From Blastocatellia bacterium (lineage in GTDB: Bacteria > Acidobacteriota > Blastocatellia > UBA7656): DNA of 64,000 nucleotides. Below, in pieces: positions 1 through 11,215 of the stretch. Position 1 is the first letter of the stretch; the number at the start of each line of letters is the position of its first letter. The notes beneath the pieces were generated by a model. It had not been told where the DNA came from and did no database searches. It saw nothing but the letters and a program-made list of their open reading frames with translations. Location: the NCBI GenBank assembly GCA_963765495.1, contig CAVXWP010000001.1, forward strand, positions 591,898 to 655,897. The letters run 5' to 3'. The position numbers and the translations under genes are program-made.

Positions 1-824
1 AGAAAGGTTTTGCCGACGATAACCTCGTCACCATTCTGGAGCATGTGCCGTTTACCGGGCAGCAACCTCCGGCCGCGATTGACGAACGTGCCGTTGGTCG
101 AGCCCAGGTCTTCGATGAAGTACTGCCCGTTATGATTGATGATGCGCGCGTGACGCCTGGAAATCTTCGCCTCCGGGTCGTCCTCGTCAAGGTCAACGTC
201 GGGGAAGATCCCGCTGTCGGCGTCCCATCGCCCGATATTTGTCTCTATGCCGGTGATGGGAAATTCTCTGCCTATGCGACCGCCCCGCTCGATCATCAGC
301 TTTGCGGTCACGCGCGGATTTGCCGACTGATGAGACTGCTGATTTTCAGAGCGCAATCCATCGGTCGCTCCGCGCCCCGACAGCACATAGGTCTGCGCCG
401 AGCCTGCCGCGTTCGCCTCCGGCAGTTTCGGTTCGTTCGGCACGCGGTAATGATCCGGTCTGTTCGGGCGCGGCGCGGACCGCTCTTCCACATCATTACG
501 GCGGTCACGTAGAAAACGAGGCTCTATATTGTCTGCCCCTTCTTCTTCGACTCTTTCCGGCGGCCTTTGATCTCTCGCAGGCATGGCCGGTTTCGGTATG
601 CTCGTAGAGGTGGTAAACGACGGCGGAGTGGGCGGCGGCCCCTCTATGGTCCTTGATGACAGATGATCATTTTGCACGGCGCTCGGCGGCTGATAGATAG
701 GCGGTTCGACACTATCACGAATATTGGGCGCGGGCGGCGGATTAGCTTCCAGTCTCATGCCGCACTCGTCACAATATTCGCTGCCGTCAATATTTTCTGT
801 TCTACAGTTATTGCACCTGATCAT
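1..824 (-). CDS. FHA domain protein with N-terminal zinc-ribbon (C-terminus runs past the window start)
   Basis: Minus-strand frame from ATG at 824: MIRCNNCRTENIDGSEYCDECGM (CxxC..CxxC ribbon), Pro-rich linker, then FHA motif INHNGQYFIEDLGSTNGTFVNRGRRLLPGKRHMLQNGDEVIVGKTF reaching position 1. The ORF track misses it because no stop falls in the window. Continuity of the middle part was judged by eye only. Confidence 0.6.
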   Translation of the reverse strand, partial: MIRCNNCRTENIDGSEYCDECGMRLEANPPPAPNIRDSVEPPIYQPPSAVQNDHLSSRTIEGPPPTPPSFTTSTSIPKPAMPARDQRPPERVEEEGADNIEPRFLRDRRNDVEERSAPRPNRPDHYRVPNEPKLPEANAAGSAQTYVLSGRGATDGLRSENQQSHQSANPRVTAKLMIERGGRIGREFPITGIETNIGRWDADSGIFPDVDLDEDDPEAKISRRHARIINHNGQYFIEDLGSTNGTFVNRGRRLLPGKRHMLQNGDEVIVGKTF

Positions 825-883
825 TTGGCTGGGCCTCCGACCGCTACCGTTACCCAACAGATCCTCTACCGGCAGCAAACTAG

Positions 884-913
884 ATTATACTTCACACTTC
901 CAGGCGGTCGCAA
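884..913 (-). promoter_or_regulatory. sigma70-like promoter for the FHA gene (TTGCGA-18-TATAAT on minus strand)
   Basis: Reverse complement of 884-913 reads TTGCGA, 18 nt, TATAAT, about 55 nt upstream of the ATG at 824. Confidence 0.35.
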
Positions 914-1126
914 TTCTTTGATTCGGATGGGCCTGTGCCCAAAGACGGCTCGGGTTCACGTCCCTAAAGCCTCGACACTAACGCTACGACGCAAAAGCGA
1001 CGCCCTCAAGCGCTCAACGAGCGCGGCAACCTCGGTGATCGGAAACTTTTTCGGTAAAGGCTTCGCTAGTATTTAATCTCTATCTCAGGATAAAGGATAT
1101 GAATGGCCTCACCGTGTCATGCCGCC

Positions 1127-1210
1127 CAATCGGTTCCCCCAATCGGTTCCCCCAATCGGTTCCCCCAATCGGTTCTCCCAATCCGTTTCCCCAATCCGTT
1201 CGCCCCCAAT
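1127..1210. repeat. 13-bp tandem repeat CAATCGGTTCCCC, about 6 copies (last copies degenerate)
   Basis: Direct read: caatcggttcccc x4, then caatcggttctcc, caatccgtttcccc, aatccgttcgccccc. Intergenic, between the sat 3' end and the FHA gene promoter. Confidence 0.85.
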
Positions 1211-1254
1211 ATATGATTACCCGAACCATTTTTCAACCCCTGATCGGAGACTGT

Positions 1255-2418
1255 TCATTTTGCGCCCCGACTCATGGCCTCGATCAATATCGCCGCAACC
1301 TCCGGGCGCGAGAATTCACCGGGCGGCATTTCGCCCCCGGCGAGCATTTCGCGCACCTTCGTGCCCGAAAGCGCGACGTGCTCGCTTGAGTCGTGAGGAC
1401 AGGTCTTATTGGAGGCCATAGCTTCACAACGTCTACAGAAAAAGGAGTGATCAAAAAAAATGGGCGTGATCCCGAGCGCCTCGGGGTCGAATTCATTGAA
1501 GATGTAGTGCGCATCATAAGTGCCGTAATAGTTGCCCACTCCGGCGTGATCGCGCCCTACGATGAAATGCGTGCAGCCGTAATTCTTACGGATTATCGCG
1601 TGAAAGACCGCCTCGCGCGGCCCCGCGTACCGCATGGCCGCAGGGTTGACGGCAAGCAGCGTCCTCGTCTTCGGAAAATAATTTTCGAGCATCGCTTCAT
1701 AGCAGCGCATTCGTATGTCGGGCGGTATGTCATCGGACTTCGTTTCGCCAACGAGCGGGTGCAGCAAAAGACCGTCTACGGTTTCAAGCGCGCACTTGAT
1801 GATATATTCGTGTGCGCGGTGAATCGGATTGCGAGTTTGGAAGGCGACCACGCGATGCCATCCTTTCTTCTTGAAAGTCTCGCGTGTTTGAACCGGGTCC
1901 AGGCGATGGGCGGGGAAGGCCGGATTGCGCGGGCGGTTGAGCAGACTGATCGGTCCGCCCAGCAAATAATCCCCCCTGTCGTAAAGGGCACGCACGCCCG
2001 GATGCGCAAGGTCCGTGGTCAGATAGACGCGCTCGGCTTCTCGCTGTTTGTCGTAAGTGTATTTCTGTCTGAGGTGAAGCACGCCAAGCGGATGATCTTC
2101 GTCGCCGTAAAGCGCGATATCGGAGCCTTCCTCCAGATCGCCTGCAAAATCCTCTGAGGCCGCGAGCGTGACCGGAATCGTCCAGGGCAGCCCCGAAGCC
2201 AGGTGCTTGTTGCCCCTGACCGCGACGTAATCGTCTTCACACATAAAGCCTTCAAGCGGGCTAAATGCGCCGTTGGCGATCATTTCAAGGTCAGAGACCT
2301 CGCGGTGTCGCAAATTGATGCGCGGCATCGCGGGGACCCTTTCAAGAAGCGTCTCGCGTTCGACGCCCGTGAGTTCGCGGTTTATAAGCTGACCGCCGTG
2401 TGCAGGTATTGTTTCCAT
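1255..2418 (-). CDS. sat: sulfate adenylyltransferase (ATP sulfurylase)
   Basis: [11 protein letters not shown] and GRDHAG motifs. Likely start is METIPAHGG at 2418 with AGGA RBS; the track start at 2493 is probably an overextension. Confidence 0.85.
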   Translation of the reverse strand: METIPAHGGQLINRELTGVERETLLERVPAMPRINLRHREVSDLEMIANGAFSPLEGFMCEDDYVAVRGNKHLASGLPWTIPVTLAASEDFAGDLEEGSDIALYGDEDHPLGVLHLRQKYTYDKQREAERVYLTTDLAHPGVRALYDRGDYLLGGPISLLNRPRNPAFPAHRLDPVQTRETFKKKGWHRVVAFQTRNPIHRAHEYIIKCALETVDGLLLHPLVGETKSDDIPPDIRMRCYEAMLENYFPKTRTLLAVNPAAMRYAGPREAVFHAIIRKNYGCTHFIVGRDHAGVGNYYGTYDAHYIFNEFDPEALGITPIFFDHSFFCRRCEAMASNKTCPHDSSEHVALSGTKVREMLAGGEMPPGEFSRPEVAAILIEAMSRGAK

Positions 2419-2592
2419 ATCTATTATTCCTCGCTGAATTTCAAAACTATAAACAAACTTCGAACGATACGTGACCGCTATGGAGGCTGTCAACGCGGTG
2501 GCCAGTGATCACTGAGCAGTGGTCGGTGGCCGGTAATAAGGAGTTGCGGCATCAGATCGGCCCCGGAGAGACGTAGATGCGCCGACCGCTGC

Positions 2593-3273
2593 TCAACCTA
2601 TGAATTTATAACCGAGCCCGTGAATTGTGAGAATGAATTGAGGATGGCGGGGATTTGGTTCTAGTTTCTGGCGAAGCCATGCCACGTGTACATCAACCGT
2701 TCGGGTCGAGGGCATGGCATTGTAGCCCCACACTTCGTTCAGCAATTCGTCACGCGAAAGCGTGCTGCCTCTATGATCTATAAAGTAGCGAAGCAATTGA
2801 AACTCGCGGGCGGATAAATCGACTGCCGCACCATTGCAAGTGACTTCGGCGCGGCGAAAATCCACCCGCACAGGCCCGAACTGATAGGCAGTTTGAGGAT
2901 AAACGGTTGCCACGGGTGCGCGACGCAACAGCGCTTCTATTCGCGCAAGCAATTCAATGGTCTCGAAGGGCTTGGTTAAATAATCATCAGCACCCAGTTT
3001 CAAACCCACCACTTTATCTACGACCTGCCCGCGAGCCGTGAGCATGATGAGGGGCGTCTCTATGCCGCGCTGTCGCAAGTCTCTGCATACATCGAACCCG
3101 TTTTTACGCGGAAGCATAACGTCGAGGATGATCAAATCAAACGACTCGGCAGACGCTCTCTCAAACCCGGTCTCACCGTCCCCGGCCGTCTCGACCTTAT
3201 AGCCTTCGCTCGTCAGCCGGTCGCTCAACGTAAGAACCAGTCCCGGCTCATCTTCTATCAATAAAATTCGCAT
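2593..3273 (-). CDS. OmpR/PhoB-family response regulator (receiver plus winged helix)
   Basis: MRILLIEDEPGLV...DVMLP...K receiver and C-terminal wHTH (LTIHGLGYKF). The track N-terminal extension to 3327 (MPVSESRITHHDSRISFN) is encoded by the palindromic repeat and is rejected. Confidence 0.85.
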   Translation of the reverse strand: MRILLIEDEPGLVLTLSDRLTSEGYKVETAGDGETGFERASAESFDLIILDVMLPRKNGFDVCRDLRQRGIETPLIMLTARGQVVDKVVGLKLGADDYLTKPFETIELLARIEALLRRAPVATVYPQTAYQFGPVRVDFRRAEVTCNGAAVDLSAREFQLLRYFIDHRGSTLSRDELLNEVWGYNAMPSTRTVDVHVAWLRQKLEPNPRHPQFILTIHGLGYKFIG

Positions 3274-3284
3274 ATTGAAAGAGA

Positions 3285-3393
3285 TGCGTGAATCGTGATG
3301 CGTGATGCGTGATTCCGAGACAGGCAATTATCTGTAACAAGTCTTCTGCCTCAAAGTCATGTATCACGATTCACGCATCACGATTCACGCGTC
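3285..3393. repeat. heptamer-tandem palindromic element (GCGTGAT type) between the HK and RR cistrons
   Basis: Left arm gatgcgtgaatcgtgatgcgtgatgcgtgattc, about 45 nt loop, right arm gtatcacgattcacgcatcacgattcacgcgtc (imperfect inverse). Confidence 0.75.
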
Positions 3394-5355
3394 GCGCATC
3401 ATTATCAGTGCTTCATCGCTGGCCTCGGTCGCCTGAGCTACAGCGGGCAGGCGCAAAGTGAAGGCGCTTCCACGTCCGGGCGCGCTTTCTACATCCACGC
3501 TTCCGCCGTGGGCATCAATTATGTGTTTTACCAGGCTCAACCCCAGGCCGTTCCCATGAATCTGGGCCGAGGCGGCCTCGCGGCCCCGATAAAACGGTTC
3601 AAAGATGTGAGGCAAATCCGAAGCCGTTATTCCCATTCCACGGTCTTCGATTGTGATTTCGACTTCCAGACCGCGTCTGCCCTGAACCGATTTCGCTCCA
3701 ATCCTTATCAAACGGCTTTCGCCCGCGTATTTCATGGCGTTGTTGAGCAGGTTTTGAATCGCTCGCAGAAGCGCCGCCCTGTCGGCTAAAACCGGAGGCA
3801 GATTCATCTCGATCTCTTTTTCCACATCGAAACCGCCTTCGCTTATCTGCATACGGCAATCGGCGAGCGCCGCGTCGATCAGGTCATTTGCGTCTGTCGG
3901 ATACAGATCATAAGTCTTCTGGCCCGATTGCGCGCCCGCAAAATCGAGCACCTGCTCGACCATCTTCGCAAGCCTCTGCCCTTCGCCCTTTATCAACGCG
4001 CCGTATCGTTTGATCTGCGCCCGGTCGTCGATCACCCCGTCGGCCAGATTTTCGCCCGCCGAACAGATAACGGCGAGCGGGGTCCGCAACTCGTGCGATA
4101 CGCCCGCGACAAATTCAATCTGCTGTCTTGCCAACCGCTGTGCGCGCCGCGTCGAGATTATTATCATCGCTACGCTCACCGCCAGCAGCAAAAGTATGCC
4201 GAAGCTCACGATCAAATTTCGATGACGCACGCCCGCGACCGCCAGATCGAGCGAGCCCGCGCGATGCTTTATCACAAGCTGCCAGACGCCGTCTTTATTC
4301 CCTGTAAGAGAGCCTTTCGCGGACGTCTCTCCCGGCGATTCACTGCGAATGCTGAACGTCATAATCTGCGACCTGTGCTCGCCCGCCGCCGCCGTTTCTC
4401 CGCGCATTCCCATCTCCGGCAACAGATCGCTGAACTCTTCGAACCTCAATCCGAAAAGCCCCGCCGTCTGGTCGCCCGCGACGGCTTCTTCATCAGAGAT
4501 CTTCGCATCGGATCTGTATATGATCTTCTTCGGGTCTTCGCGTTCCACAATCGCCACGTTGTAATCGACTGTATCGCCGCTTGCGAAGTACCTCCGGGCA
4601 AGCAGGGGAAGAAACTCCTGTTTTATGTAATCGAGATCGAGCGTGATAATGTTGTGGCCGGTGAGCGGGGCTATCTCGGGCAACCCCGCGCTTTCGCGAC
4701 TTTCGACGCGAGCGGTAAAGGTCTTTCTCTCCTTTTCGATGAAGCGATATTTCGGGAGCACGACGAAAGCCTTATCGGTCTTCTCTACAAGACGGTCGCC
4801 TGTAATCATTCGAAGTCCGAGTATGGGTGTGACGATGGCGGGCACATCTTCGGCTATAGTATTCAGGAGGTTTCGCGCAAGCATTGCCGGTTCGGGAAGT
4901 TCAGCCCGCTTCATATCGGCAAACGAGTCGCGCAGGGTCAGGAGTTCCGGCGGCCACTCGCGCGGCTTGAGCATAGCCTGCGCCCTGTCGAATTCGAGCA
5001 ATCGAGGCCCGCTCTTGTCGTCCTCTTCAACTACGAATACGCCTTTGACAAGCCTGGGATAAGGCGCGGTTTGAAACCACCTGTCATAACGTTTCGAATA
5101 ATCATCCCATCGGTTATCGCGCAAGTCGGCCGCATCCATCTGCAAACTCAAATATGCGCGGGCAAGTTCGCGGTCAAAATCGCGGCTGAATTGCGTAGCC
5201 CCGGCGCTGAGACTCTCCTGCATCCGCTCGCGCTCTGCCCGGCTGACCTGCCCGAGCCATCGGTATTGCAGGGTCGCAAACAGCGCGAGCAACAATACGA
5301 GCGAGGCGGCAAGCACAAGGGTCAGAGGCGGGCGTTTTTTCAACAGCTTCTTCAC
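3385..5355 (-). CDS. sensor histidine kinase with large N-terminal extracytoplasmic domain
   Basis: H-box AGVSHELRTPLAVI, N/G-box ...LLNNAMKYA...DRGMGI...GLGLSLV; N-terminal TM segment; GTG start. Confidence 0.85.
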   Translation of the reverse strand: MKKLLKKRPPLTLVLAASLVLLLALFATLQYRWLGQVSRAERERMQESLSAGATQFSRDFDRELARAYLSLQMDAADLRDNRWDDYSKRYDRWFQTAPYPRLVKGVFVVEEDDKSGPRLLEFDRAQAMLKPREWPPELLTLRDSFADMKRAELPEPAMLARNLLNTIAEDVPAIVTPILGLRMITGDRLVEKTDKAFVVLPKYRFIEKERKTFTARVESRESAGLPEIAPLTGHNIITLDLDYIKQEFLPLLARRYFASGDTVDYNVAIVEREDPKKIIYRSDAKISDEEAVAGDQTAGLFGLRFEEFSDLLPEMGMRGETAAAGEHRSQIMTFSIRSESPGETSAKGSLTGNKDGVWQLVIKHRAGSLDLAVAGVRHRNLIVSFGILLLLAVSVAMIIISTRRAQRLARQQIEFVAGVSHELRTPLAVICSAGENLADGVIDDRAQIKRYGALIKGEGQRLAKMVEQVLDFAGAQSGQKTYDLYPTDANDLIDAALADCRMQISEGGFDVEKEIEMNLPPVLADRAALLRAIQNLLNNAMKYAGESRLIRIGAKSVQGRRGLEVEITIEDRGMGITASDLPHIFEPFYRGREAASAQIHGNGLGLSLVKHIIDAHGGSVDVESAPGRGSAFTLRLPAVAQATEASDEALIMMRDA

Positions 5356-5405
5356 AACGGCGATTATAGCATCACTATTACGCCGCCGGATGGGGCGGCA
5401 AAAAA

Positions 5406-5424
5406 TTTTACATCCTTAACAATT
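5406..5424 (-). promoter_or_regulatory. conserved upstream motif TTGTTAAGGATGTAAAA (minus strand), followed by extended -10 TGCTATAAT at 5363-5371
   Basis: A near-identical motif and TGCTATAAT recur upstream of the phospholipid operon (9576-9594 / 9538-9546). Confidence 0.4.
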
Positions 5425-5522
5425 ACGTGAAGCGTGAAGCGTGATTCATGACTTCAGGTGGCAGGATTAAACCAACTTGCAAGCCTCGTAAATCACGAAT
5501 CACGCTTCACGCTTCACGCTTT
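5425..5522. repeat. heptamer-tandem palindromic element (GTGAAGC variant)
   Basis: acgtgaagcgtgaagcgtgattc ... aatcacgaatcacgcttcacgcttcacgct, lying in the divergent region between HK and terC. Confidence 0.75.
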
Positions 5523-5574
5523 TGATGGTTGCTGATTCTTTTGGCACACGACTTGATGACACTTAATCATCGTA

Positions 5575-6495
5575 GTGGCAGATTACTCAATAAATCACAT
5601 TCCGATATGGATATGGGCGATATTTGGCGTGCTGATTCTGATCCTGCTCGTGATTGATCTTGTCGCGCATCGGGACGATCATGCCACGTCGCGCAAGAGT
5701 GCCATCATCTGGAGCATAATCTGGATCGCGTCGGGGCTTGCCTTCAATGTCTTCGTATATAATATGTTCGGCGGTCGAGCCGGGCAGCAATATCTGGCCG
5801 CTTATCTGATCGAAAAGAGCCTGAGCCTCGATAATCTTTTCGTATTCCTGATAGTCTTTCGGGGGCTCAACACGCCCGAGAAGCATCAGCACAGGGTGTT
5901 GTTCTGGGGCATCTTTGGCGCGCTCGTTTTTCGCGGCCTCTTCATATTCGCGGGCGCTGTGGCCATCGAGCGATGGCAGTGGGTCTCTTACATCTTTGGC
6001 GCGCTTCTTTTATACGGCGCTTACAGCGCGCTTCGTAAAGACCCCGCTCGCGAGCGAAAAAGCGAGGTGGTCGAGTGGCTCTCAAACCATCTGCCCGTCA
6101 CCGAAAAAGTTCAAGATACAAAATTCTTCTCAATTGAAAACGGGAAGCATGTGGCCACGCCGCTCTTTGTCGCTCTGGTTGCGATTGAATTGACCGACAT
6201 CGCCTTCGCCATAGATTCGGTCCCGGCGGCCTTCTCGATGAGCCACAGCCGATTCATACTCTATAGCTCAAACGTCTTTGCGATACTCGGACTGCGCGCT
6301 CTTTACATCACGTTGGCGCATTCTTTAGCCAGACTCAAATACCTGCGTTACGGGCTGGCCGGAGTGCTCGCGTTTGCGGGCTTCAAGCTGATCGCCGATC
6401 AGTGGATAGAGATCCACACGCTCGTTTCAGTAGGAGTTATCGTGCTGATGATAGGTTTATCGGTCTGGGCGAGCCTCGGCGAGAAAAAGATGTAG
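5575..6495 (+). CDS. TerC/Alx family integral membrane protein
   Basis: Multi-TM protein with the LSLDNLFVF motif typical of TerC; GTG start. Confidence 0.8.
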   Translation: MADYSINHIPIWIWAIFGVLILILLVIDLVAHRDDHATSRKSAIIWSIIWIASGLAFNVFVYNMFGGRAGQQYLAAYLIEKSLSLDNLFVFLIVFRGLNTPEKHQHRVLFWGIFGALVFRGLFIFAGAVAIERWQWVSYIFGALLLYGAYSALRKDPARERKSEVVEWLSNHLPVTEKVQDTKFFSIENGKHVATPLFVALVAIELTDIAFAIDSVPAAFSMSHSRFILYSSNVFAILGLRALYITLAHSLARLKYLRYGLAGVLAFAGFKLIADQWIEIHTLVSVGVIVLMIGLSVWASLGEKKM

Positions 6496-6699
6496 GGCAT
6501 TAAGAAGCGGCTTATTATTCCAGAAAATTACCTCTTCACCTTGTCGATATGAGATTTCACACCTCAAATCACAGATTAGCCGACACGAGAAAAACTATGT
6601 ATTCAGACTCTTCTTTTACTGTGGTACACTCTGCGTTGATATTGGCCTCGGTCGAAGTTTCAAAACACATAAGCGCTTAAAGTTTGCCAGGAGACCTGA

Positions 6700-7068
6700 G
6701 TGGAAAAAATTAAAAAGCGCATCCTTTACGTAGACGATGATATAGAGTCTTGCCGTGTGCTTGCGCAACTTCTGACCATCTGGGGATATGAAGTTGAGAT
6801 CGCCCAATCCTTCGCCGACGGATTGAATTTAGTCACAAGCAAAAGCTTTGACCTCTACATTCTGGACAACTGGTTCAAGGATGGAAGCGGCATCAAGCTG
6901 TGCGAGACGATTCGCATATCCGATCAGGAGACGCCCGTTATTTTCCTCTCGGCCGCCGTTTACGAATCCGATCATCGGGCCGGAATGGATGCGGGAGCCC
7001 AGTTCTACTTCAACAAACCTGTCGAGATAAAAAAGCTGGAAGAGGTGCTGGCGCAGTTGTTTAATTAA
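6700..7068 (+). CDS. single-domain response regulator (CheY-like receiver)
   Basis: ILYVDDD...DLYILDNWF...GIKLC...PVIFLSA receiver signature; no output domain. Confidence 0.75.
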   Translation: MEKIKKRILYVDDDIESCRVLAQLLTIWGYEVEIAQSFADGLNLVTSKSFDLYILDNWFKDGSGIKLCETIRISDQETPVIFLSAAVYESDHRAGMDAGAQFYFNKPVEIKKLEEVLAQLFN

Positions 7069-7137
7069 CGGCTATTCAATCCCTTTAATTCTGTAAATCT
7101 TCTTTATCCTGTCCGATTCTTTCTCGCTCTTCACCCG

Positions 7138-7833
7138 TCACGCATGTTCGTTTAATTCACGCACAGCCGTTTCAAGTGATCCTATGATCTGTTGGCGGTT
7201 TCCCGTAATCAGTCGAGGCGCGCCGAGGCGGACTTCGCAGAAAAAGGGCACAGGAATATATTCACCCTTCGGCAGGCTCCGCCCCATATTCACGAGGTAG
7301 GCGGGTACGACCGGCACATCGGGCATCTTTTCAAGCAGATGAGCTATGCCGGAGCGAAATTGCCCTACGGCTTCGCCCGACCCGCGCGTCCCTTCGGGAA
7401 ATATGATCAGAGATTGCCCCGCTTCGAGCGCCTCCTGCATGAAGTGAATCGGGTTGCTTTCGGAGGTTATCTTTTTTCTTGCGATGGGCAATATGTTGAA
7501 GAGGGTTTTCGTAAAGATTGAGACCAGCCTGTTGCGCTCGAAGTAATCTGCTGCCGCCACGGGGCGTATATTGCGCAGCCGCCTGAGAGGGAAAAGACTC
7601 AAAAGCGAGATGGTATCGAGATGGCTTGAATGATTCGCAATCAGAATGAATGGATCAGACCCCGGCAGGTGTTCGCGTCCTCGCACGCGCAGCCCGATAA
7701 AGAGCGCCATAAACGACCTTACAAGTGCCGCGAAGAAAATCATCTGTACGATGTTTGCCACAGCGCCGTGCCCGATTGTCCGTTCCGATTTCGCTTCCTT
7801 CTCATCCTTCATCATTTGCTTCCCTCTCTGCAC
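7138..7833 (-). CDS. plsC: 1-acyl-sn-glycerol-3-phosphate acyltransferase (PlsC-like)
   Basis: HX4D motif IANHSSHLDT and FPEGTRG motif; the true start may be an internal Met (MMKDEK). Confidence 0.75.
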   Translation of the reverse strand: MQRGKQMMKDEKEAKSERTIGHGAVANIVQMIFFAALVRSFMALFIGLRVRGREHLPGSDPFILIANHSSHLDTISLLSLFPLRRLRNIRPVAAADYFERNRLVSIFTKTLFNILPIARKKITSESNPIHFMQEALEAGQSLIIFPEGTRGSGEAVGQFRSGIAHLLEKMPDVPVVPAYLVNMGRSLPKGEYIPVPFFCEVRLGAPRLITGNRQQIIGSLETAVRELNEHA

Positions 7834-7845
7834 AGTGTTGCCGCC

Positions 7846-8787
7846 TTAATAGTGGTAATAACGAATATAGTGAAAGAAGAGCGGCGCGGCGTAGCAGAGC
7901 GAATCCACCCGGTCGAGCATGCCGCCGTGGCCCGGGATTATGCCCCCGAAATCCTTTACGCCAAAATCCCGTTTGACCGCGCTCATCACAGCGCCCCCGC
8001 AGAAACCCGCGACCGTTATCAAAAGCGATACACCCATGGTTTCCGGCACGGAAAACGGCGTAAGAAAGCGTATCGCGAGGCTCAGGCATATGGCGCTTGC
8101 GATGCCGCCTATAAACCCTTCCCACGTTTTATTAGGGCTGATGGCCGGGATGATCTTATGGCGTCCGAGGGTCTTGCCCCAGATGTATTGCAGCACATCG
8201 CTTATCTCTACGACGAAGACCAGAAATAGCAGAAGCGTGCGCCCGTTTGCGTCGTGACCTTCGATTACGGGGAGCGTGAGCAGGAACCCGAGATGGCTAA
8301 GTCCATAAACAAACGCCATCAGCCCCCACTGTATCTGCGACACAGAGGCCACAAACCCGACCGTGTCCTTTGACAGCATCAGCCGCACCGGCAGGATCAG
8401 GAACATGTATACGGGGATGAAGATTATAAACATCCCGTACCAGGGGATGGCGATCCAGAAATACTGAATCGGGATGGCCAGAAAGGTGATCACAAGGGTC
8501 TTGTGATCAGCCGGGCGCGTCTTGAGTAATGTGATGTACTCTTTCATCGCCCAGAAACTGAGGAATGTAAAGAAGATGAGCGACACGATGTTATTGACTA
8601 CGACCGCGCAGAAGAAAACCGCAGCCATCAGCCACCACGAATTCACGCGAGCCGACAGTTCCTTGTAATCACTCCGCGGGCGCGCCAGCCGGAGTATGGC
8701 CACGAGGACAGAAGCTACAACCAGCACGGTCAGAACCAGCAGGGCCATTCGCCAGACCGGGGGGAGATCGGTCACACTCATTGGCAT
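7846..8787 (-). CDS. cdsA: phosphatidate cytidylyltransferase
   Basis: C-terminal CdsA signature GGIIPGHGGMLDRVDSLCYAAPLFFHY; multi-TM. Confidence 0.85.
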   Translation of the reverse strand: MPMSVTDLPPVWRMALLVLTVLVVASVLVAILRLARPRSDYKELSARVNSWWLMAAVFFCAVVVNNIVSLIFFTFLSFWAMKEYITLLKTRPADHKTLVITFLAIPIQYFWIAIPWYGMFIIFIPVYMFLILPVRLMLSKDTVGFVASVSQIQWGLMAFVYGLSHLGFLLTLPVIEGHDANGRTLLLFLVFVVEISDVLQYIWGKTLGRHKIIPAISPNKTWEGFIGGIASAICLSLAIRFLTPFSVPETMGVSLLITVAGFCGGAVMSAVKRDFGVKDFGGIIPGHGGMLDRVDSLCYAAPLFFHYIRYYHY

Positions 8788-8805
8788 TCTCAGATCAACC
8801 TTTCA

Positions 8806-9429
8806 TCAATTTCGCCCGGCATTCAACGGCAATTCCGCGAGCGCCTTCGAAATTCTATTCCAGCAGGTGAGAACGGTAAGCAGCGCGACAATGCCGAAGA
8901 CCCAGGGCCAGAGCCTGAATGCGCCCGGTACGATAGCGGTGAGGACGCCGAGCGCGCCCACGATTAGCGCGCGGTCGCTCTTACCCATAGGCCCTTCATA
9001 GTGGCGGCTTGCGCCAAGTGCGCGACCGAGCACACCGCAAAACTCCGTCAGCAGCGCCCCGATTGAAAATGCCACAACCGGCCATAGCGCCTCTTCGTAG
9101 AGAAGGGCGAGCGGGAGATAAAGCCCGAGGTCCGAGACAGCATCGCCAAGCTCATTCAACACGGCGCCGAGCGTTGAGGCCATATGGAGTTCGCGCGCCA
9201 TCATACCGTCTATGGCGTTCAAGGCCATGCGCGCAAAAAGCCACACGGGCAACAGGAGAAGTAGCGCAGGCCGGGTTCTGGCTTGCGATACAATCGCGCC
9301 TACGATTATTGACCCCGTGATGGCGATCAGGGTGATTGCGTTCGGAGTGAATCTCAAACCTGCGAGCCTTTTCATCAGCGGTCTGAGCAGGGATTGAAAT
9401 TTCGGTTTCAGATCGTAAACAGACGGCAT
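8806..9429 (-). CDS. CDP-alcohol phosphatidyltransferase (PgsA/Pss-like)
   Basis: DGMMARELHMASTLGAVLNELGDAVSD matches D-G-x2-A-R-x8-G-x3-D-x3-D. It is first in the operon with cdsA and plsC. Confidence 0.75.
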   Translation of the reverse strand: MPSVYDLKPKFQSLLRPLMKRLAGLRFTPNAITLIAITGSIIVGAIVSQARTRPALLLLLPVWLFARMALNAIDGMMARELHMASTLGAVLNELGDAVSDLGLYLPLALLYEEALWPVVAFSIGALLTEFCGVLGRALGASRHYEGPMGKSDRALIVGALGVLTAIVPGAFRLWPWVFGIVALLTVLTCWNRISKALAELPLNAGRN

Positions 9430-9575
9430 TTGCCTCTCTATTGTTGTCCTTAGCTTTGTGAGTGCTCTGAGGCTTTCAAGAACCTGCTGCCGGGGCCTGT
9501 GTCAGTGTTTGTCGATAGCCTCAAACCGCGTCGCCGGATTATAGCATAGAGGGGCTATAAGAACGCGAAGCAACT

Positions 9576-9594
9576 TTTTACATTCTTAACAAAA
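9576..9594 (-). promoter_or_regulatory. second copy of TTGTTAAGAATGTAAAA motif, followed by TGCTATAAT at 9538-9546
   Basis: Near-identical to the site upstream of the HK-RR operon. Confidence 0.4.
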
Positions 9595-9667
9595 TCCTTT
9601 CATCGTCTTAACCACCTGGGCCCGCTTTTCAGCCATAATCCTTTCAGAACATGTGACAGGAGAAAAT

Positions 9668-11182
<1,515 letters not shown>

Positions 11183-11215
11183 ATGTTGTTTCAACAAAAC
11201 AGGAGGTTACTTTTG

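Noticed and set aside
1099-1421. Two overlapping plus ORFs (PIGSPNRFPQS... repeats)
   Set aside because: Translation of the 13-bp tandem repeat; not coding.
1393-2157. 254-aa plus-strand ORF
   Set aside because: Antisense to sat (strong motifs on the minus strand); Arg-rich translation, typical of a high-GC antisense frame.
3274-3327. N-terminal 18 codons of the RR track ORF
   Set aside because: Encoded by the palindromic repeat; the canonical receiver N-terminus MRILLIEDE starts at 3273.
3928-5430. 500-aa plus-strand ORF
   Set aside because: Antisense to the histidine kinase; no domain-like sequence.
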